Positions 57,493 to 64,000 of a stretch of DNA of 64,000 nucleotides are shown here, piece by piece. The notes beneath the pieces were generated by a model that saw nothing but the letters and a program-made list of their open reading frames with translations, was not told the origin of the DNA and did not search any database. A program made the position numbers and the translations under genes. Each line of letters starts with the position of its first letter. Position 1 is the first letter of the stretch. The stretch covers positions 2,752,001-2,816,000 of the forward strand of contig JASGJH010000001.1 in the NCBI GenBank assembly GCA_047601445.1, in the 5' to 3' direction. This DNA comes from Myxococcales bacterium (GTDB lineage Bacteria > Myxococcota_A > Polyangia > Polyangiales > DASUME01).

Positions 57493-60400
57493 ATGCATAG
57501 TCCAGGTTTCTCGAGGTTTCTCACGGTTTCCCTGCTCGTTCTGGCTAGCCTGCTCGGCGGCACGGCGCGCGCACAGGACCTGCGCAAGCCCGTCCCCAAG
57601 CCCCTCGAACCGTGGGTCCCGTGGGTGCTCGATGACCTGGGCGAGCAGCAGTGTCCGCAGATCGACGACCTGCGCGTGTGCGTGTGGACGACACGGGTCA
57701 CGCTCGACGCCACGGACGCCGGAGCCAGCTTCACGCTCGCGATGACGGTGGACCGCAAGGGCTACGTGGAGCTGCCAGGCTCCCGGGAACGCTGGCCGGA
57801 GGACGTGCGCGTGGACGGCCAGCCGCGAGCCACCCTGCAGAGCAGCGACGGAACCCGACCCATCGTAGAGCTCAGCCCCGGCACCCACAGCATCAGCGGA
57901 CGCTTCGTGTGGAGCAGCCTGCCCGATTCGTTGCAGATGCCAGCCGACCTCGGGAGCCTGGCCCTGCGCGTGAAAGGCACGCCCATCGCCTTTCCCAAGC
58001 GCGAAAAGGATGGCCTCGTGTGGCTAGGCGGTGGCGGCAACGACGCCGCGGAGGAGGAGCGCCTCGAGCTCAGCGTGCACCGCATGATCGAGGACGGCGT
58101 GCCACTCGTGCTTCACACGCGCGTGCGCGTCTCGGCGGGCGGCAAGGCACGGGAGATCGTGCTGCCCAACGTGCTGGTTGCGGGCACGCGGCCCGTGGAG
58201 CTGAGCGCCAACCTGCCGGCGCAGCTGAGCCCCGAGGGCGCGCTGCGCATCCAGGCCCAGGCCGGCGACTACCAGGTGGAGATTCGTGCGGTGGTGCCGA
58301 GTCCCCTCGAGGTGCTCAGCGCTCCGAACGCCGCCGCGCCCTGGCCCGACCATGAAATCTGGGTCTTCCGCGCGGACGATCGACTGCGTCACGTGGAGTT
58401 GAGCGGAGCCCCCCAGGTGGACGCGGCCCGCACCGACCTCGCGCCAGACTGGGCCCATCTGCCCGCCTATTCCGTGGGACCCGGCGTGGGCTTGCGCATC
58501 GAGACCAAGCGACGCGGTGAACCGGAGCCCGCGCCCAACCAGATCCATCTTTCGCGCGCGCTCTGGCTCGACCTCGACGGCGAGGGCTACACGGTGCGCG
58601 ATCACATGAGCGGCGCGATGAACCGCGACTTTCGCGTGGACCTCACTCGGGGCAACCTGGGTCACGCCTTCGTGGACGGGGCCGACCAGGTGATCACCGT
58701 GCACGACAAGAAGAGCGGCGTGGAGATCCGCCAGGGGAACTTCGACCTCAAGGCCGAGTGGCGCATGGACCAGGGTCGCAACGAGCTCGCTGCCGTGGGC
58801 TACGAGCAGGACGTGCACCAGCTCAGCACGGAGCTGAACCTGCCGCCCGGCTTCAAGCTGCTCGGCAGCAGCGGCGTGGACAACCTGCCTGGCACCTGGC
58901 TCGACGAGTGGGACCTGTTCGACTTCTTCTTCGTGCTGTTGCTCTCGTTGGCGGTGGCGAAGATCGCGGGCCGCTTCTTCTTCCCGCTCGCCATCGTGAC
59001 GCTGGTGCTGACGCACAGTGAACCGGAGGCGCCCGCCTTGGCCTGGATCTTCCTGGTCGCGAGCGCAGCCTTGACGCGCGTGGTGCGCGAGGGGCGCTGG
59101 GGCAAGATCGTGCGTGGCACCTTCATCGCGTCCGCGGTGGGTATCCTGCTGGTGATGGTACCCTTCGCCGTCAGCGAGGTGCGGCAGGCCCTGTATCCGC
59201 AGCTCGAGTTCCCCTACACGGGCCCCTCGAGCTACTCGACGCCGGTGTTCTCCGAGAACGCGCCCGCCGCCCCATCAGGTGCCGAAAGCGCGCCGATGGC
59301 CGAGCCCGCGCCCATGCCCGAAGCGCCGGCCCAGATGGAAGGTGGCGGCGGGCTGCAAGACGTACAGAAAGACGAAGCCCAAGAGGAGCGCTCCGAACTC
59401 AAGACACGCGGCCGCCTGGGGAGCTCCTACGGCTCGGGCTACGGCAAGGCCGCCGGCGCGGCACGCCAACTCAAGCAAGAGATCGATCCGAATCAGGTGG
59501 TGCAGACGGGCCCAGGCGTCCCGGTCTGGCGCTTTCGTACGTACAACTTGAGCTGGTCGGGGCCCGTGGAGCACAGCCAACGGCTCTCGCTCTGGATCCT
59601 GCCCCCGGCGCTGACCCGCATCTGGTCGTTGCTCTCGGTGCTGCTGTCCGCCGCCCTGCTGTTCGTGTTGTTGCGCGCGGCACGCAGCGCGGGCGCGGGG
59701 ACGAGCGCTGGCGGGGGACTCGCGGCCAGCGTGCTCGCGTTGCTCGGCGTGCTCGCCGTACAGCCCGCCCAGGCCCAGGACTTTCCCTCGGCCGAGCTGC
59801 TCAACCAGCTGCGCGAACGCCTCACGGAACCCGCGGAATGCGAGCCGAACTGCCTGGCGGTGTCGACCCTCAAGCTCAAGGTCGAAGCCGGCCGCCTGAC
59901 CCTGCGCGTGCAGGTCAACGCAGGCGCCGCCGCCATCTATCAGGCCCCTGGTCCGCTCGAGAGTTGGTCTCCGGAGCAAGTGAAGGTCGATGGCAAGGAG
60001 GCGCTCGCCATGGTGCGCCTCGACGACGGCTTCTTACACGTGAGAGTCGCGCCCGGTCTGCACGAGGTGGAGTTCACGGGCCCGCTTCCGCGCAGTCAGG
60101 CCCTTACCCTGGCGCTCGGCACGCCGCCGCACCGCGTGGAGACCGAGGCGCGCGGCTATGTGATCGACGGCGTCAACCAGGACGGCCACGCCGAAGGGTC
60201 GATCTCGATTCGCCGCGAGCTCGCGGAGGACGCGCAAGACGAGGAGGGCTCGAGCCAGGCACTCGAACCCTGGCTGTCGGTGCGACGCGAGTTCGAGCTC
60301 GGTATCCGCTTCCGTGTGCGCACCGTGATTCAGCGTGTGAGCGCACCGGGCGCGAGCGTGCTGGTGCGCTTGCCGCTGCTCCCCGGCGAGTCGGTCACGG

Positions 60401-61872
60401 AGAGCGGCCTGGTGAGCGAACAAGGCAGCGTGTCCATCGAGCTGCCGCGCGACCAGAGCCAGGTGACCTTCAGCTCGACTCTGGCGCCAACCTCCGAGCT
60501 GAAGCTGCAGGCTGCCACGCCCAACGGCACTCCCAAGGGCGCCGTGGTGCGGCCCTGGAACGAGACCTGGGTCATCCGCCCGAGCGCGCTCTATCACGTC
60601 AGCTTCGACGGCATCGCGCCGATCACGCGCAAGGGCCCCGATGGGGTGTTCGAGCCCGAGTATCGCCCCTGGCCTGGCGAGACCTTGAGCGTGAAGGCCG
60701 AGAAGCTGGCGGCCGCCGAGGGGACCTCGGTCACCATCGACAGCACCCGCCTCGAGCTTCATCCCGGCTCTCGTATGGAGCAATCCACACTCACGCTTCA
60801 GGTGCGCTCGAGTCACGGCACCAGCGAGCGCATCCGGATCCCCGCCCAGGCCATCCTCACCGGTTGCACGGTGGACGGCGAAGCCCGCAGTACGCGCGTG
60901 AAAGACGGCGCCATCGAGCTGCAGCTGAACCCGGGACAGCACAGCGTGGTGCTTACCTTGCAGCGCCCCGTGGGCATGGACAATAGCTACAGCCCGGGCT
61001 CCGTGAGCCTCACGCGTCCGCTCACCAACATCACGACCTCGGTGAACATCCCGGGAGACCGCTGGCTCCTGTGGGCGAGCGGTCCCAGCTGGGGTCCCGC
61101 GGTGTTGTTCTGGGGCTACTTGGTCGTGGTGGTGCTGGCAGCGCTGGGACTCGGCCGGGTTCCCTTCTCGCCGCTCAAGACGCACGAGTGGGTGCTCCTG
61201 GGCCTCGGGCTCACGCAGGTCGACGTGGGGGTGGTGTTCATCGTGCTGGCTTGGCTGTTCTGCCTGGCCTTCCGAGAGCGCAACCCGCCGCGCGAGCCCC
61301 TGCTCTTCAACGCCAACCAGGTGTTCTTGGGCGTGCTCACCGTGGTCGCGCTGTGCTGCCTGGCCTTCGCAGTGCATCAGGGACTGGTCGTGCAGCCGGA
61401 CATGCAGGTGCAGGGACAGGACAGCACCAACGAGCTGCTCAACTGGTACACCGATCGGTCTGCGGGCACCCTCCCCGAGGTGCGCATCTGGAGCGTGCCG
61501 CTCTGGATCTACAAGGGCCTGATGTTGCTCTGGGCCCTGTGGCTCGCGGCCAGCGTGTTGCGCTGGCTGCGCTGGGGCTGGTCCGCGTTCCGACAGGGCG
61601 GCGGTTGGCAGGCAGGAGCCGGCGGACCGCACGTGTTCAAGCGCAACCCCGAGGCCCCCGAGCCGAGCCCTCCGCCAGCGCCGACGGCCGGCACCAGCGG
61701 CGGCACACCCGTCACGTCCCCTGCGCCCGAGGCCCCTGCAGCGCCCTTGGACGTGCAGCGCGTGCCAGGGCAAAATCCACGCGTGCCACTCGACCAGATC
61801 GAGCGTGCCCAAGCGGAGCTCGATCGCGCGCGGAAGCGCGAGCGCGACCCGGAGAGCGGAGAGGATGCCTGA
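57493..61872 (+). CDS. Large hypothetical integral membrane protein with two-fold internal duplication
   Basis: Long uninterrupted ORF with coding-type bias; signal peptide ARA-Q; two beta-rich soluble regions each followed by a TM bundle. Confidence 0.85.
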   Translation: MHSPGFSRFLTVSLLVLASLLGGTARAQDLRKPVPKPLEPWVPWVLDDLGEQQCPQIDDLRVCVWTTRVTLDATDAGASFTLAMTVDRKGYVELPGSRERWPEDVRVDGQPRATLQSSDGTRPIVELSPGTHSISGRFVWSSLPDSLQMPADLGSLALRVKGTPIAFPKREKDGLVWLGGGGNDAAEEERLELSVHRMIEDGVPLVLHTRVRVSAGGKAREIVLPNVLVAGTRPVELSANLPAQLSPEGALRIQAQAGDYQVEIRAVVPSPLEVLSAPNAAAPWPDHEIWVFRADDRLRHVELSGAPQVDAARTDLAPDWAHLPAYSVGPGVGLRIETKRRGEPEPAPNQIHLSRALWLDLDGEGYTVRDHMSGAMNRDFRVDLTRGNLGHAFVDGADQVITVHDKKSGVEIRQGNFDLKAEWRMDQGRNELAAVGYEQDVHQLSTELNLPPGFKLLGSSGVDNLPGTWLDEWDLFDFFFVLLLSLAVAKIAGRFFFPLAIVTLVLTHSEPEAPALAWIFLVASAALTRVVREGRWGKIVRGTFIASAVGILLVMVPFAVSEVRQALYPQLEFPYTGPSSYSTPVFSENAPAAPSGAESAPMAEPAPMPEAPAQMEGGGGLQDVQKDEAQEERSELKTRGRLGSSYGSGYGKAAGAARQLKQEIDPNQVVQTGPGVPVWRFRTYNLSWSGPVEHSQRLSLWILPPALTRIWSLLSVLLSAALLFVLLRAARSAGAGTSAGGGLAASVLALLGVLAVQPAQAQDFPSAELLNQLRERLTEPAECEPNCLAVSTLKLKVEAGRLTLRVQVNAGAAAIYQAPGPLESWSPEQVKVDGKEALAMVRLDDGFLHVRVAPGLHEVEFTGPLPRSQALTLALGTPPHRVETEARGYVIDGVNQDGHAEGSISIRRELAEDAQDEEGSSQALEPWLSVRREFELGIRFRVRTVIQRVSAPGASVLVRLPLLPGESVTESGLVSEQGSVSIELPRDQSQVTFSSTLAPTSELKLQAATPNGTPKGAVVRPWNETWVIRPSALYHVSFDGIAPITRKGPDGVFEPEYRPWPGETLSVKAEKLAAAEGTSVTIDSTRLELHPGSRMEQSTLTLQVRSSHGTSERIRIPAQAILTGCTVDGEARSTRVKDGAIELQLNPGQHSVVLTLQRPVGMDNSYSPGSVSLTRPLTNITTSVNIPGDRWLLWASGPSWGPAVLFWGYLVVVVLAALGLGRVPFSPLKTHEWVLLGLGLTQVDVGVVFIVLAWLFCLAFRERNPPREPLLFNANQVFLGVLTVVALCCLAFAVHQGLVVQPDMQVQGQDSTNELLNWYTDRSAGTLPEVRIWSVPLWIYKGLMLLWALWLAASVLRWLRWGWSAFRQGGGWQAGAGGPHVFKRNPEAPEPSPPPAPTAGTSGGTPVTSPAPEAPAAPLDVQRVPGQNPRVPLDQIERAQAELDRARKRERDPESGEDA

Positions 61873-62773
61873 GTATCCCGACATCGAACTCTACCGAGAG
61901 GCCATCGAGAGCCGCTTCCTGGGGGCGACGCTCGAGCGCGTGCGGGTCGCGAGCCCCTTCCTCGTGCGCACTCACCAGCCGCCGCTAAGCGAGGTCCAGG
62001 GCAAGCACCTGGTGACCACGCGCCGGCTCGGCAAGCGCATCGTGTTCTGCTTCGAGCAAGAGCTGTTCTTGGTGCTGCACTTGATGATCGCGGGGCGCCT
62101 GCGCTTGAAGGATCACGGCCAGATGATCCCGGCCAAGGTGGGTCTGGCGGCCTTCGACTTCCCGGAGGCCACGCTCATCCTCACCGAGGCCAGCCCCAAG
62201 AAGCGCGCCTCGCTGCACGTGATTCAGGGCGAAGCCGAGCTGGCCGCGCTCGACCCGGGTGGCGTCGAACCCTTTCAAATCACGCTCGCGCAGTTCGCGG
62301 AGACGTTGCGCTCGGAGCGTCACACTTTGAAGCGCGCGCTCACGGATCCCACCTTGTTCGCGGCGATCGGCAACGCCTACTCCGACGAGATCCTACACCG
62401 CGCCAAGCTCTCACCCGTTCTGCTGACCACGCGCCTCGAAGACGCGGACGTGGAGCGTCTCTTTGCCGCGACGCGGCAGGTGCTCGAGGAGTGGACGTCT
62501 CGCTTGCGCACGCAGGCGCGCGGACGCTTTCCCGACAAGGTCACCGCGTTTCACGAGGGCATGGCAGCGCATGGCCGCTACGGCAAACCGTGTCCCGTGT
62601 GTGGCTCACCGATTCAGCGCATCGTGCGCGCGGAGAACGAGTCGAACTACTGCGCGACCTGTCAGACAGAGGGCAAATTGCTGCGCGACCGCAGTCTCTC
62701 GAAGCTGCTCCACGACGACTGGCCCAACACCTTGGAAGAGCTCGAAGAACACAAGAAGACGCGGCGTGTCTAA
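61865..62773 (+). CDS. Fpg/Nei family DNA glycosylase/AP lyase
   Basis: N-terminal MPE, RLGK, HLMIAG, IGNAYSDEIL (H2TH), zinc finger CPVC...CATCQ. Confidence 0.92.
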   Translation: MPEYPDIELYREAIESRFLGATLERVRVASPFLVRTHQPPLSEVQGKHLVTTRRLGKRIVFCFEQELFLVLHLMIAGRLRLKDHGQMIPAKVGLAAFDFPEATLILTEASPKKRASLHVIQGEAELAALDPGGVEPFQITLAQFAETLRSERHTLKRALTDPTLFAAIGNAYSDEILHRAKLSPVLLTTRLEDADVERLFAATRQVLEEWTSRLRTQARGRFPDKVTAFHEGMAAHGRYGKPCPVCGSPIQRIVRAENESNYCATCQTEGKLLRDRSLSKLLHDDWPNTLEELEEHKKTRRV

Positions 62774-62895
62774 CGCAGCGTGTCGCGTCACGCGCCGGAA
62801 ACCCAAGCAATTCACCTTACATTGCGACTCGCTGTGGGCTCACGACCGTTGGCGCGATTGTCGTTGCGGAAGCCCCTACGACTGGGCACTGTCGA

Positions 62896-63339
62896 GTGGT
62901 GCCGAGCCCTTCACGCGTTTCCGATGACGTTGGGTTGAGCGCCCTCTGCAAGGCGGTCGCGCCGGCCCAGGTGCAAGTCACCTACTCCGACAACCAGCCC
63001 CTACCCTTTCGGGTAGATTGGAGCAGCGAGCTCGGGCCCATCTCGTTCGCCGGTGCCACGCCGGACGACGCGGCCGAGCGCGCCCTCGCTGCCTTGCGCA
63101 GCCGCCTGTTGCCACCCGAGTTCGGCAACTCGAGCGCTGCCAAGACCCTGGTGCGCGGCGCCCCCAGCACGAGTGCCGCCAGCATGAGCACTCCGAGCGC
63201 GAATGCTGCCAGTGCCAGCCCGCCCGTCAGCGAGCCGCTTACCCAGGTCAGCTGGGTCGAGGCGATGCGCGAGCGTATCCAGGACATCGAAGAGCGGAAG
63301 CCCGTGCGGCGCGCCAACTTGCGCTTGGTTCGCTCCTAA
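62896..63339 (+). CDS. Hypothetical protein; start uncertain
   Basis: 3' part of ORF 62491..63339 fills the gap after the glycosylase; no motif recognised. Confidence 0.45.
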   Translation: MVPSPSRVSDDVGLSALCKAVAPAQVQVTYSDNQPLPFRVDWSSELGPISFAGATPDDAAERALAALRSRLLPPEFGNSSAAKTLVRGAPSTSAASMSTPSANAASASPPVSEPLTQVSWVEAMRERIQDIEERKPVRRANLRLVRS

Positions 63340-63421
63340 GCTGGGACGCGTCGAGTGCATGCGTTGTTCCGCCGCGGAAAACCGGCGGAAACGAAGCGTG
63401 CGCATGCTTCTCCCCATGGGC

Positions 63422-64000
63422 ATGGAGACGAAGCGCATAAGTCACACGGTGCTTAAGTCCTCCGAGGGATTTCGCGCGCAAATCCCGGGGCTCGATCTGG
63501 CCACCCTGATTCAGATGGCCTCCTCTCACCGCGAGCGCATGGTCGTGCGCGTGGGCTCGGAGGGCAACGAAGGCTACCTCTACTTCGACGCCGGCCAGCT
63601 CGTCCACGCGGCCGCCGACGATGCGACGGGCGAAGCCGCGGTCACGCGCATGCTGGGCTGGAAGCGCGGGGAGTTCACGGTTTGCCACCGGCCCTGGCCG
63701 CGCCAGACCTCCATCGACGCGAGCACTGACGCGCTCCTGATCCGCGCTGCCCAGCGTCGCGACGAGGCCGACGTGAAGCAACGCGACAGCAAGCCCGCGC
63801 TGCGACCCCTATCGAGCGCGCTCACGTTGGCCCCACGACCAGACCACCACGGAGGGCTGGATGCCTTGGACGAACCCGCGATGATCGCCTCGGTGCGTCT
63901 CGACATGAACGGCGAATTGATCTCGGAGCACGGACAGAACGAGCACCTCGCGCCGCTGGTCGCCTACGTCACGCGCATCGGCGCGCTGCTGGGCGCCACG
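63422..64000 (+). CDS. DUF4388 (PatA-N-like) domain protein, truncated by the window end
   Basis: Not in the ORF track because it has no stop in the window; manual translation gives LDLATLIQMA...GYLYFDAGQLVHA...GEAAVTRMLGWKRGEF...TDALLIRAAQRRDE. Confidence 0.8.
   Translation, partial: METKRISHTVLKSSEGFRAQIPGLDLATLIQMASSHRERMVVRVGSEGNEGYLYFDAGQLVHAAADDATGEAAVTRMLGWKRGEFTVCHRPWPRQTSIDASTDALLIRAAQRRDEADVKQRDSKPALRPLSSALTLAPRPDHHGGLDALDEPAMIASVRLDMNGELISEHGQNEHLAPLVAYVTRIGALLGAT

Overview
High-GC bacterial chromosomal window. Gene content (PilZ, DUF4388, zinc-ribbon/GYF AgmX-like, PilI-like and FHA proteins, plus the EF-Tu variant) points to a myxobacterium, probably Myxococcota/Polyangia; this is inference, no search was run. 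The centre (13.6-28.0 kb, minus strand) is the conserved tRNA-Thr/Tyr/Gly/Thr-tuf-rpmG-tRNA-Trp-secE-nusG-rplKAJL-rpoBC cluster. It has three oddities: a single frameshift in rpoB near 19020, an EF-Tu with a non-canonical switch I region, and a ~127-bp palindromic element between rplK and rplA. The left arm holds riboflavin synthase, a thrE-dctA-SDR-hydrolase operon divergent from aspartate 4-decarboxylase, a sirtuin, and an NsrR/single-domain globin module with a visible operator. The right arm holds an ECF sigma-PilZ pair, a 99-bp structured tandem repeat, tetR-etfBA, motility-type membrane proteins, pepA, comEA, hisG and lnt. Most notably, it carries an apparently complete coenzyme F420 core gene set (cofG, cofH, cofC, cofD, cofE, npdG/fno) in two minus-strand operons separated by a CPBP-NUDIX-NAD kinase-outer membrane protein block. 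No transposase, integrase, prophage, CRISPR array or rRNA was seen. Product calls rest on recognising motifs by eye, and several start codons were re-chosen from the ORF track.
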